Shown one piece after another: positions 38,775 to 51,570 of a stretch of 64,000 bases of DNA. The stretch is from Heterodontus francisci (lineage: Eukaryota): positions 18,445,766 to 18,509,765 of the forward strand of contig NC_090387.1 of assembly GCF_036365525.1 (NCBI RefSeq). The letters run 5' to 3'. Position 1 is the first letter of the stretch. The number at the start of each line of letters is the position of its first letter. A program made the position numbers and the translations under genes. The notes under the pieces were generated by a model, which was given only the letters and a program-made list of their open reading frames with translations, searched no databases and was not told where the DNA came from.

Positions 38775-41700
38775 CTGGGAGCGGAGAGGAGCAGACCTGA
38801 GGGGAGAACACCGAGCGAGAGAAGAGGATAAATAGAGCCCGAGGATCGCGGCCTAGTCACTTACCTTCCGGGAGAGCGCGGAGAGCAGTCCTGGTGCACC
38901 GGTGTTTTGAAAAAAAAAAGAAAAAAAGTCAGCAGTGACATCACAAGAAAGCTGCAAGGTGATTGGTTGGTGAGTAACTGCTGTTAGGGAATAACTCTAA
39001 ATAGCTGGGTAAGTAAACAAAGAGAAAGGTCTACAGTTTTCTTTTAAGATAGTAGGTAGTTTTTTTTTAGGGAATCAAGGTCCCTATTGTAAATAATCTA
39101 ATATTGGGGTAATTTAAGGGGATAAATTACGGGTAAGTCATGGCAGGGCAGCTTGGCAGCGTGGAGTGCTCCTCCTCTGCAATGTGGGAAGTCAGGGACA
39201 CTTTCAGTGTCCAGGGCGAACATGTGTGCAGGATGTGTCTCCAGATGCAGCCACTTGAAATCCACGTTTCGGATCTGGAGCAGTGGCCGGAGACACAGTG
39301 CAGCATCTGCGAGTCTGAGGTCATCGTGGATAGCACGTACAGGGAGGTGGTCACACTGCAGATAAAGACTGCTCAGGCAGTAAGGGAATGGTTGAGTAGA
39401 AGAACTAGGCAGGTAGTGCAGGAGTCCCCTGGGTCCATCTCCCTATCTAACAGATTTTCCGCTTTGGATACTGTTGGGGGAGATAGCGTCTCAGGGGAAT
39501 ACAGCAAGAGCCAAGTCTCTGGCACCACAGGTGGCTCAGCTGCACAGGAGGGGAGGAAAAGGAGTGGGAGAGCTATAGTGACGAGGGATTCTATCGTAAG
39601 GGGTACAGATAGGTGTTTCTGTGGCCGCAAACATGACTCCAGGATGGTATGTTGCCTCCCTGGTGCTAGGGTCAAGGATGTCACGGAGCGGCTGCAGGAC
39701 ATTCTGAAGGGGGAGGGTGAACAGTCAGAGGTCATGGTACACATTGGTACAAACGACATCGGTAAAAGGAGGGATGAGGTCCTGCAACCAGAATTTAGGG
39801 AACTAGGTAGCAGATTAAAAAGCAGGACCTCAAAGACTGTAATCTCTGGATTACTCCCGGTGCCACGTGCTAGTGAGTATAGGAATAGGAGGATAGAGCA
39901 GATGAATGCGTGTCTGAGGAGATGGTGCAGGAGGGAGGGCTTTAGTTTCCTGAATCACTGGGTCTGTTTCTGGCAAAGGTGGGAGCTTTACAAGTTGTGG
40001 ATGGGTTGCACCTGAACCAGAATGGGACCAACATCCTTGCTGGGAGGTTTGCTAGTGCTGTTGGGGGGTGGGGGGGGCAGGTTAAACTAATTTGCAGGGG
40101 AATGGGATACAGAGTGGTGGTACATTAGGGGGTGATGCACAGTCAAATATAGAAGAGAAACTGAGTCAGTCTGGAAGGCAGAGCAAACATAGATCTGTTA
40201 AGTGAATAATGCAACGCTGGATTGCATCTATTTTATTGCAAGGAATCTTACTAGTAAAGCAGATGAATTAAGAGTGTTGATTAACACTCTGGGAATATGA
40301 TATTATTGCTATCACAGAGACATGGTTGAGGGAGGGGCAGGACTGGCAGCTCAATATTCCAGGGTATAGAATCTTCAGGTGTGACAGGGGAGGGTGTAAA
40401 AGAGGAGGTGGTATTGCACTGTTGACCAAGGCGTCAATTACTGCAGTAAGGAGGGATGATATCTTAGAAGGTTCCTCAAATGAGGCCATATGGGTAGAAC
40501 GTAAAAAAAAAAAAGGGGCAATCATTTGGCTGGGAGTGTACTACAGGCCTCCAAACAGTCAGGGAGAGATAGAGGAGCAGATATGTAGGCAAATCTCAGA
40601 AAGGTGTAAAAATAAATAGGGTAATAATAGTAGGGGATTTCAACTTCCCTAATATCAACTGGGATAGTCTTAGTGCAAAAGGATTCAAGGGGGCGGAATT
40701 CTTAAAATGCATACAGGGAGAGCTTTTTGAGCCAGCACGTAGAAAGGCCTCCAAGAGAAGGGGTGGTACTGGACCTAATCCTAGGGAATGAAGCCAGACA
40801 AGTGGTAGAAGGAACCCTGAATGTCAAGGGATCTAGAGGATTGGGTAAGGAAAAAAAAGGAGGCTTATGGCAGATTCAGAGTGCTGAAAACAGTGGAGGC
40901 GCTAGAGGAGTATAGGAAGTGTGGAGGGGAGGGGTACTTAAAAAAAGTAATTAGGAGAGCAAAGAGGGGACATGAAAAAACACTGGCAGGCAAGATAAAG
41001 GAAAATCCCAAGGTGTTTTATAAGTATATTAAGGGCAAGAGGATAACCAGGGAAAGAGGAGGGCCCATTAGGGACGAAAGAGGCAATCTGTATGTGGAGC
41101 CGGAGGACATGGGTGAGGTTTTAAATGATTACTTTTCATCTGTGTTCACTTTGGAGAAGGACGATGTAGGTGTAGAGATCAGAGAGGGGGATTGTGATAT
41201 ACTTGAACATATTAGCATTGAAAGGGAGGAAGTATTAGCTATTTTAGCGAGCATAAAAGTGGATAAATCCCCAGGCCCAGATGAGATGTATCCCAGGCTA
41301 TTATGTGAGGCAAGGGAGGAGATTGCAGGGGCTCTGACACAAATGTTTAAATCCTCTCTGGCCACAGGAGAGGTGCCAGAGGATTGGAGGACAGCAAATG
41401 TAGTTACAATTATTCAAGAAGGGTAGCAGGGATAAACCAGGTAATTACAGGCCAGTGAGTCTAACATCAGTGGTAAGGAAATTATTGGAAAAAATTCTGA
41501 GGGACGGGATTAATCTCCACTTGGAAAGGCAGGGATTAATCAGGGATAGTCAGCATGGCTTTGTTGGGGGAGATTGAGTCTAACAAACTTGATTGAGGTT
41601 TTCGAGGGGGTGACTAGATGTGTAGATGAGGGTAAAGCAGTTGATGTAGTCTACATGGACTTCAGTAAGACTTTTGATAAGGTCCCGCATGGGTGATTGG

Positions 41701-42836
41701 TTAAGAAGGTAAGAGCCCATGGGATCCAGGGCAATTTGGCAAATTGGATCCAAAATTGGCTTGGTGGCAGGAGGCAGAGGGTAATGGTCGAGGGTTGTTT
41801 TTGCGATTGGAAGCCTGTGACTAGTGGTGTACTGCAGGGATCAGTGCTGGGACCCTTGCTGTATGTAGTGTACATTACTGATTTAGACGTGAATATAGGA
41901 GGTATGATCAGTAAGTTCGCAGATGACATGAAAATTGGTGGTGTGATAAATAGTGAGGAGGAAAGCCTTAGATTACAGGACGATATCGATGGGCTGGTAA
42001 GATGGGCAGAGCTGTGGCAAATGGAATTTAATCCTGAGAAGTGTGAGATGATGCATTTTGGGAGGACTAATAAGACAAGGGAATAGACAATGGATGGCAG
42101 GACCCTAGGGAGTACACAGGGTCAGAGGGACCTTGGTACACTTGTCCATAGATCACTGAAGGCAGCTGCACAGGTAGATAAGGTGGTTAGGAAGGCATAT
42201 GGGATACTTGCCTTTATTAGCTGGGGCATAGAATATAAGAGCAGGGAGATTATGATGGAGCTGTATTAAATGCTAGTTAGGCCACAGCTGGAGTACTGTG
42301 TACAGTTCTGGTCACCACATTATAGGAAGGATGTGATTGCATTGGAGAGGGTGCAGAGGAGATTCACCAGGATGTTGCCTGGGTTGGAGCATTTCAGCTA
42401 TGAAGAGAGACTGGAAAGGCTCGGGTTGTTTTCCTTAGAGCAAAGAAGGCTGAGGGAGGACCTGATTGAGGTACACAAAATTATGAGGGGCATTGATAGG
42501 TTAGATAGGAAGAAACTTAGCAGAGGGATCAATAACCAAGGGGCATAGATTTATGTTAAGGGGCAGGAGGTTTAGAGGGGATTTGAGGAAAATTATTTTT
42601 ACCCAGAGAGTGGTTGGAATTTGCAATGAACTGCCTGAAGGGGCGGTAGAGGCAGTAACCCTCACAACATTTAAGAGGTATTTAGATGAGCACTTGAAAC
42701 GCCATCGCATACAAGGCTATGGGCCAAGTGCTGGAAAATGGGATTAGAATAGATAGGTGCTTGATGGCCAGCACAGACACGGTGGGCCGAAGGGCCTGTT
42801 TCTGTGCTGTATAGCTGTATAACACTATGACGCTAT
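38775..42836 (+). mobile_element. Near full-length CR1-clade LINE, decayed (5'UTR, ORF1 SGNH esterase, APE endonuclease, RT, short-repeat tail)
   Basis: ORF 39140..40015 has xDSIVR, CLPGARVKD, HIGTND and a frameshifted DGLHLN. EN motifs ITETWL, GVYYRPP, GDFN. RT motifs KSPGPD, DFSKxFDKVPH, [20 protein letters not shown]. Stops, frameshifts and an internal deletion near 40810. Confidence 0.93.
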
Positions 42837-43194
42837 GGCAGATTGGCTATTTACCCTCCCCAGGGCCTGCGCCAAGTGTAACACCCTTCCAGTTACCAGC
42901 TAACTTAGCAGAGGCTGGGGACCCAATCTGGTCTATATGGCTCAGCTACTCATAGGGTAAATTTAGTAAGCCTCTTTTGTGTTTTGTTTCTCATCTGATG
43001 CATGTATTTCAACATTAGTGAACCCTAAGTGTCTTATTGGAGCAGACTTATGTCACAATACATGGTGGAGAACCTAGTTACACCCTTAACACTGTCTTCA
43101 GGCAAATTCCAAAAGCAAGCTGAAGACTGGCCTGCATTTGTCTGTTCAAGAAGAATCCATGAATAATTGATCTTGTGATATGAATTATTATTTT

Positions 43195-43760
43195 GAAGTT
43201 ATGCTAAACTTGTATCAAACTTTAGTTAGACTACACTGGGAGTACTGTGTACAGTTTTGGTCACCTCATTATAAAAAGGATATCGAGACACTGAAGAGGG
43301 TGCAAAAAAAAACATTTACAAGGATGATGTCAAAAATGCAAGGCTCAACCAATCAGAAAAAGGAGAACTGGGCTGGGTTTCTTTTCCCATGAAAAGAGAA
43401 GGCTGAGGGTGACCTAATAGAGGTCTTTAAAATTATGAAAGGTTCTGATAGGAAGAGGGAGAGTGTTTGTGCTTGCGGGGAAAGCAAAACTAAAGGCCAT
43501 CAACATAACATAGTCACCAAGAAATCCAACAGGGAATTCAGAAGCATGGTGAGAATGTGGAACTTGCTTCCCAAGGAGTGGTTGAGGCAAATAGTATAGA
43601 TGTATTTAAGGGCAAGATAGATAACTGAATGAGGGAAAAAGGAATTGAGGGTTTTGCTGATGGAGTTAGATGAGGAAGGATGTGAGGAGGCTTGAGTGGA
43701 GCATAAATGTCAGTATGGACTGGTTGGGCAGAGTGGCCTGTTTCTGCACTATATATTCCA
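43195..43760 (+). mobile_element. CR1 3' fragment
   Basis: ORF 43180..43392 [21 protein letters not shown]; the same family recurs at 6730-7185 and 62460-63000. Confidence 0.75.
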
Positions 43761-46750
43761 TGTATCATTTCTCTGTGCCAGCACTGTTTGTCAACATTTG
43801 TGCATGAAATAATATAAGTGAGTTGCACAATTACTGAAATATCAAATTAGCTCGTGTATATTCCTGTAAATAAATCTCCTGTAACCGTCACCCACTGGAT
43901 ATGAAATTGACCAGAGCAAATCGTAAAAAGAGAACAGTGGAAACAATACAACTTTTAAAATGATATACAAAGTGACTGATGCTAGTGGGAGATGCTGAGT
44001 GATCGGTCGGAAGCTAACCCGTCAATCTGGGCTAAAAACTGAGGGTGAGCACAATAGTAAATATTCTGAATGGTTATCTTCTTCAAGTATTCAAAAGGGA
44101 CGACTTGAATAGCATGTCTTCTCCAAGAAAAAGCATCAAGGTGTAATTCAGGAGTTTGATATAAATGAGATGGAAATCAAGTTGAAAGGCCTTCAAACAA
44201 ATAAATCCCCATAGTAAAACAACATTTGTCTCAGAGTGTTGAGAGAGACTAATAAGGAAATTTATGAGGCAGTGACAATCATGAGGGATTAACGGGGGAA
44301 ATACAGGCTAAATTGAAAAGGGTGACAAAACAGATAGACAACCACAGGCATATTACTCTTACTTCAATTCCATGTATGAGAAGAATTAATTATCAGGAAT
44401 AAACTTCAGGATTATTTGGTAAACATCAATTGACATGGCGTTAGATCCTGCCTAACCTCCTTGGTTTCTTTGAGCAAGTGACATCCCAAGTTATTAGAGT
44501 TTCAAAAGTCATCTAATAAAGTACCACATGATGGATTAGAATTAAGTTCAAAGCTTTCATGATTCAGGAAAGCTTGGCGACAGATAAGAAGGTTAGAAAA
44601 CAATGGGTACTGGTTAGCAGGATAATGTGAAGATTCGGGGGTGGGGGGTGGGGGGGCGGCGTGGTTACTGAGTGAGGTTCCCGAGGGTGAGCTATGTTGG
44701 GACCTCTACTGTTCCCATTTAATTCAATGGCCTGGATTATGGCTCAAATTTGTTTAACTCCAAAATCGGAATACCACATGAAATTGTGTGAGCAAGAGGA
44801 CACAGGTTCAAAATAGTACAGGGTCAGTCTAAGAGTGATACTAGGAAGTTTTTCTTCAACACTCAATGATCAACACTTGGAATGGACTTCTAGGCAGAGC
44901 ACTAAATCCTGGAGCCATTTAAGGAGCAATTAGATGCAACAATGGGGCAGTGTAGGGGTTGTTGATGGATAAATCAAAACAGGTTGAATGGCCTTTCTCA
45001 TCCATACTTACCTGATCGATAATTGTAGTCAGCTGACTGTAATAGCACAGCTTGAACTGATAATTAATTAAGCACTCATTCCAACATGAGGGCAGGAAAA
45101 GCTATTGAGGAGTAAATTATCCAGGAGAGCTTGAAGCACTCTGAACTTCTCTTTTGCACATTGAGCTGCAGAGTTTTATGGGAATAATTGGTAGCAAAAT
45201 TAGTCACCTGTGGGCTTGTGAAATGCCAAACAGATACCGGAGACATTAATGGTCATCTGTGACCTCTTGCAGAGAGGTCATGACTCCAAAAGAACTCATC
45301 GGAATTGGCTGTTAGGATTGTCCACCTCTCTAGCAACATCTGATGGGAACCTTTTAATTAGTTACTGTGCTGAAACAAGCTCTCATTATTCCAGGTAAAA
45401 GCTTCGACTTATGATCTTATATCAAACTTAGCTGGAAAAAAGCATTATGATCACACATTAGGCATGGTGTCCCTGTGATACTCGGAAAATCAAATTAAAA
45501 TCCATGTGATTGGGGCATTTGACGTAATTGCAAATACCTCCCATTGGAGAATCTGCTGCTTAGCCCTGCCATAACTGTAAAAATATAGAAATGCATGTTT
45601 CAAGCAAGTAAACCATCAAACTGTTAGGAGATTATTATGTGTATGATAGTGCAGTGGTTCTTATTGGACTAGTAATCCAAAGGTCTGAACTAATAATCTT
45701 GAAAATGAGAGTACAAGTCTCATCGTGCATTCATTTGTTTAGAAAAATAAAAACTTTAGATCAGTAAAAGTGAGCATGATGCTGTTGTTAAAATCCCAGT
45801 CAGTTTTCTTATGTCCTTTCCTGAAGGAATCCTGATGATCTTTTCTGGGCTGGCCTATATGTGACTCCAGTCCCACACCAATGTGGGTAATGCTTATGGC
45901 CTCGTTAAGTGGCCTACTCAGTTTTATTAAACAATAGAAGAAGACCCACCAGAACTCGGGATGGGCTCCCCTCCCATGACTGCCTTCAGCATCTGTTCTG
46001 CTTACAACAGATCATAATTTGACAAATGATGGTTAATTTTATGCATTAAATTGCTCTTTACAAAACACCCATTTAATATTGTTTTGCTTGCTCCTGTCTT
46101 TAGAAGTGGTTTAGAATGGTCACTTGAACACCAAGATGAGAATGTATTCTCTAAGCCACTGTTAGTATAAATACCATAAACTTTGCAGACTTTTTTTTTG
46201 CAAAAGGTGTCATGGCAGATATTTCAGCCTGTTTCTGTATACACTGTATAATGATATCACTACTGAAGGATTATTAATTATGATGTAACCAGAACATGGA
46301 ATAATACAAATTTAACAGTTTTATATCTCAGAAATCAATATATACATAACATAATCAATGTATATATATCTATCTATCTATATTACATATTATTCTAAAC
46401 TTGGCTCTGAGTGTCATTTGATAGACACAGTCCATATTGCAGCTTTGACGTTTTTTATAAGAAGCTTGGATGAAAGGCTGAAGGTCATAGTGCAGATTCC
46501 ATCAAGGCTAGAAAAAGCAGAAGGGCGGATGTAGTAAATGAAGACGTACTGTTTAGGTGATCTGGGAGAGGTGGTGATATCACAGGCAATCCAGGCATAT
46601 CAATCAACTCAGAATTAAGCCAACTCTTTTGTATATATTGTTCTGACATTTGAAGTCATAAATATTTGTTGTTTTAGAAGTTGAATAAATGAAATTATTT
46701 TTCTCTTTAAACTCTCTACCCTTAGAGGCAGATCTTTCAGAAAAGGATAC

Positions 46751-46852
46751 AATCCCTTGCCTGTCTGAAGGATTCCTCTGTTTCACCTTTTGCAGGTTTT
46801 CCAGTTCTTTCATTTCACGATTTCTGACCCTGTTAAATTTTTTGATGTCTCC
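46751..46852 (-). CDS. CIBAR2: CIBAR2 exon 4 (102 nt) GDIKKFNRVRNREMKELENLQKVKQRNPSDRQGI
   Basis: taaattag acceptor; donor is GTATCCTTT (U12-type); RQxxPSDR motif. Confidence 0.93.
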
Positions 46853-47589
46853 CTAATTTAGATATAGAAAAAAAATTAATGTGCTTTTCTAAAACAATGA
46901 AATGTATAAACTTTTATAATCCAGTATTCTAAGAAGTTAATTTTTTTTATTGTGACAGGAACTCTAATTCAGTTGTATAAGGTAAACCTTTTGGTGTTGT
47001 TCCGTGAGTTATGTGGGAATTCCATAGACATCTGTTGAAAGCCCACTAATTTCCCAAATTACCTGGATCATGCTTTTTCCCACCTTTATGTCCTGTAAAG
47101 ATACTTTTCCCTTTGAGAAACGTTTATCACTGTTTTCCTCTGATAGCCCCACTTTCTAAACCAGAGCTCTGGAATTTACTTTTTCGTCAGAGGTTTCTCC
47201 TCAACAGTTGTTGACATGGCCCTTGACCATGTTTTAAACTCCCCAGCAAGCCTACCCTATCAAGCCCCTTAAGAATTTTGCCTGTTTCAATGAGATTGCA
47301 TTTCATTCTTCTAAATTCCAAGGCATACTCTCCCAATGTATTCAATATCTCCTGATAGGACAATTCTTTTATTCCAGGAATCAATCAAGTGAAATTTCCT
47401 CCAAGGCCACTGTATCCTTCCTTAAGCAAAGAGACCAATACTGTACACAGTATTCCAGATGTGGTCTCACCAAGACCCTATACAATTGCAGTAAGATTTC
47501 TTCACTCTGTATATTTGATTTCCTAATTGCTTGCTGTACCTGCATGTTAACGGTCTGTAGCCTACAGATACGTCTGTGTGAGTTAGCAA

Positions 47590-48410
47590 TTTCCATATGT
47601 TTCATCAATCTAGTATACTGTATTCGGTGCTTATGGTCCAGTCATCTCTACATCAGGAAACCAAATGCAGATTAGATGGCCCCATGTCTGACCTTGACGT
47701 CTCTGTGGCTTGCCATTTGAATAACTCTCCCTGCCATTCCCATCTCCATCTTTGGCTTCTTATGCTATTCCAACTAAAGACAAACTTCCCATGGGCACTC
47801 CAGCCCTGTGAAGTCCTCTGTACCTTACACCTTAGCTATATCAAACCTTTTCCTTGCAGCTGTTGCTGTTCGAAGAAAGGGAGGCAGGATTAAACTTTGG
47901 ACATCAAATTTTTGTCAGAACATGGTGTTGTTCAGGAGGGAAGAACAGTGGGGGTGGTAGCTGTATCTCCAGAGCTGTTGGAGCCCGTTGTGTGTTTCCA
48001 AGATTTTCTATTCCCAAGACTAATTTTCTCCAGTCTTGCTTTTTAACTTCCATGGGTATTTTCCAAGGTTTGTTCACAGCCTTGGCTGTTTGCATGTTCA
48101 TTGAACTCAGATGATTTTTTTTATCATCGAACAGTGTTCAATGAAGCAGATTGCAGGTTGCCCAACACATTGAGTCCCTCCCCGCCCCCTCTGTCTGGGG
48201 TTTCACCCTCACTCCACACCACCCATTCCCACCACCCCCCCCCCCCCCCTCCCCCATTTTCTTTCGTAACTTTACTTGGTGGCTTAGTTATCTTTCAACT
48301 TTCAGTTCTGAAAGAAAGATTATACCCAAAAATGATAAGCCCACTTCTCTCATGACAATTGACCTACTCTGAACTTTCTTTTGACTTCCAGCATTTGCAG
48401 TTTATTTTTC
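47590..48410 (+). mobile_element. Highly decayed Penelope-like fragment (GIY-YIG remnant and pLTR)
   Basis: tagtatactgtattcggtgc…ctctacatcaggaaaccaaatgcagatt…gtggcttgccattt parallels 17430-17570; pLTR-like end at ~48300-48400. Confidence 0.6.
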
Positions 48411-49685
48411 CTTTTGTTTTCCACTGTCCCCTGCCCTGCCTTCACCCTCTCCGACCGTGTATCCTTCAGCCGAGAGGCAAAATGGCCTGAATCACAGATG
48501 TCACCATAATAGCAGACCACATCAGCACTTGGAGAAATCCACAGTAACAGATACCATGAACAGGCTGTGACAGTAATGTTTTAATACTGTGCTGACCAGC
48601 CTCTCTCCTTGCACCTCTGTAAACACATGCGCATCCAAATCTCTGCTGCCTGAATCCTAACTTGCACCAAGTCCCATTCACCCATCACACCTTTGGTTGC
48701 TGACCGACATTGACACCAAGTCCAGCTTTTAAAATTCACATTCTTGTTTTCGAATCCCTCCATAGCCTCGCTCCTCCTTACATCTGTAACCTACTCCAGC
48801 CCTACAACCCTCTGAGATATCTGCGCTCCTCTAATCCTGGCCTCTTGAGCATCCTGAATTCAAAGTGATTATTGACAACGTGGCTGGCAGCTGACATCAT
48901 CAGACTGCGCCAAACTGCGCACAGGTGCAGATTGGCTCCTACTCTCTGCTCATGGGCTGCGCTCCACATTGCCAGGACTGGTTGGCGCATGTGCAGATGA
49001 CGTCATCGCGTAACACAGGCAGTGACTGGCGGTGCGGGAAGTGGGGAGAGCGCAGCCGAAGACCTCCTCCTCCCTCTGCCTGCTCCCCCCACCCCCCGCT
49101 TGCTCGCTCACTCCCTGCCCCTCCGCTCGCTCACTACCCCCCCCCCCCCCCAACCCCACCGCTCGCTCACTGCACCCCCCCCCCAGCTCATTCCCTCCCG
49201 GCCCGCTCACTCACTCCCTCCCTGGCCCACTCACTCACTCCCTCCCCGGCCCGCTCGCTCTCTCTCTCTGGCCATTGTGTGCTGCCATGTGTTTAGGTTG
49301 CCTTCCTGTGATTATTTGAGCAACGCCATCTTTAGTCCTGGCAGCTGCCTGACATCGCAGACTGTGACATTTTAGTGGCACAGGCTGCATTTGCGCATGT
49401 GCCATTGCAGCACCACCTAGTGGTTGCGATGTCAGCAAATGCAGCCTCCTAAATTTTATTCACTCCACCACTGGTGGGCATGCATTCAGCTGCCTGAGCT
49501 CTAAGCTCTGGAATTCCCTCCCTAAATCTCTCTACCTCTCTCTCCTCCTTTAAAACGGTTCTTAAAACCTACCCCTTTGCTGTCCTGATATCCACTTATG
49601 TGGTTCGGTGACAAATATTGTCTGTGAAGTGCTATTGAGGCGTTTACTACATTAAAGGTGCTATATTAATGAAAGTTATTATTTA
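48410..49685 (+). mobile_element. L2 LINE 3' fragment interrupted by an unclassified GC-rich insertion (~48862-49448)
   Basis: L2-type 3' text (cccatcacacct…ctccagccctacaaccctc…ctggcctcttgagcatcc | cactccaccactggtgg…ctctggaattccctccctaaa…aaaggtgctata) is split by the insert. Confidence 0.6.
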
Positions 49686-49796
49686 TATGAAGCTTTTGGT
49701 ATCTGGATAGAAAAAAAATGACTTTTGATTAATTGGAAGTATTACTGTGGAAAAGCACAGTAACAATAATTAAATAGCAATGAAGAAATAAAATAC

Positions 49797-49865
49797 CCGT
49801 TTGGATTTTGTCAGCGGACCATATGCCTTTAGTGGTCCAATAACCTTGGCATCCAGTCTTTCCAC
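49797..49865 (-). CDS. CIBAR2: CIBAR2 exon 3 (69 nt) VERLDAKVIGPLKAYGPLTKSKR
   Basis: ttgttttag acceptor, gtattt donor; FAM92 VERLExKVVxPLKxYG motif. Confidence 0.93.
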
Positions 49866-50329
49866 CTAAAACAATTCAGAGAGGTAGGCAAAAAAAGAAT
49901 AATATTAACGACCAATCTTGTGAAGAAATTGCTGCAACAAAGTGAATTGTGAAATTATGATACAAAAACGTGACTTAGCAATAACAGAAACATCTTTTCA
50001 TGGTTTGACTAATTCCCTCATGTGTTAATTATCTTCTGTGTTGTGGTAATCACCTTGTATCACCTAATCTCCATAATCTCCCTGAGCACTTCATCTTTCA
50101 TAGGTGTGGGAAGTCTCAGCGCAGTGAAAGCTTATTATCAATGATCATTATTGGAATGTTACCATTTGCTAAGGGTCCCTTATGAAAAATAGGTTATTCC
50201 TCAAAGGCAGGTTATGATAGGGCAATGGTTATGGTATTGTTCTAGCAACCTACAGATCATGAATTCAAGTCCCACTACAGAGCTTTAATGAGTTGAATGA
50301 AGTCTGTTAACATAGATTGTGCAGGTTCT

Positions 50330-50679
50330 TTAGATTAGATTAGAGATACAGCACTGAAACAGGCCCTTCGGCCCACCGAGTCTGTGCCGACCATCAGCCA
50401 CCCATTTATACTAATCCTACACTAATCCCATATTCCTACCAAACATCTCCACCTGTCCCTATATTTCTCTACCACCTACCTATACTAGTGACAATTTATA
50501 ATGGCCAATTTACCTATCAACCTGCAAGTCTTTTGGCTTGTGGGAGGAAACCGGAGCACCCAGAGAAAACCCACGCAGACACAGGGAGAACTTGCAAACT
50601 CCACACAGGCAGTACCCAGAATCGAACCCGGGTCCCTGGAGCTGTGAGGCTGCAGTGCTAACCACTGCGCCACTGTGCC
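50330..50679 (-). mobile_element. Second V-SINE (HE1-like) copy
   Basis: Nearly identical to 25421-25769. Confidence 0.88.
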
Positions 50680-50892
50680 ACTGTTTGGAAGAGTCAGTTA
50701 CGTGGACCAAATGTTTGTTTCAAGATTTACTTCAGAAGGAAGATGAGTGGGTTCAAGTGCCTGCTGGTTCTGAAAGTCAGAATTACATGTAGGAATTTAT
50801 AAATAAAGCAACTTCATTGCTACATTCCAAGGCTTCTAAGCACTGAATATGTCAATATTAGTGGAGATCTGATGCTTGGAAACTGAGATAAA

Positions 50893-51570
50893 GGGCTGGG
50901 TTTGGTGCTCGGTTTGAAGACGGGTTCTATGGCGGGGGTTGCCAGAGAATCAGTGCGCATTCGTCTGCTGCAGAACCCGACGCCGTAATGCCGGGTTCCG
51001 ATTTTTTCCGTGGCGGCACCTCCGCCGCTATGCGACGGGACCGTACTTTAAACATGTTAAATACCGTTTTACATGAATTAGAATGTAATTCACCGCGATC
51101 CTACCAGCCGTTCGCAATCTTCTGCATGACGTGCGGCACTCACGTGCCTTCACTTTCCCGTCTTTGAAAAGCTGGCGCTACCGAGATGAAAGTCCTCGGT
51201 GCCTGCAAAGGTTAGGTAAGTTATGCGTTGTTATCCTGTTGAGTTTGCTTTTACGTTGGACATTGTCACTAAGGTCAATCTGCAGATGTGAGGAGAGGTT
51301 GGAACTCTGCAAATGGATACTGTTGGGGGAAAGTGGGGAGCTCTGCAAGTGGGTACAGTTGTCTGGGGCGGGGGGGGGAGGTGGGGGGAGGATTAAACTC
51401 TGTAATCCAACATCAGGAGATGCTGTAAATGGCATCGACAATGCCACCCCTGCCATGTGATTGGGGGGGGGGGGGGGGTGGGGGAACAACCGCCTTCATT
51501 ATGCTAAATGTAGTGGCGCAGCTGCAGATGTCACAGGTGGGACGGCACCCACAATAACAAAATCCAGCCC
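50893..51570. mobile_element. Harbinger-like MITE, CpG-rich
   Basis: gggctgggtttgg…acaaaatccagccc termini. Confidence 0.6.

Larger units (their letters stand above)
38023..46750 (-). other. U12-type (minor spliceosome) GT-AG intron 4 of CIBAR2, about 8.7 kb
   Basis: 5' site GTATCCTTTT at 46750-46741; branch TTCCTTAAC at ~38043-38035, about 12 nt from the acceptor. Confidence 0.88.
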
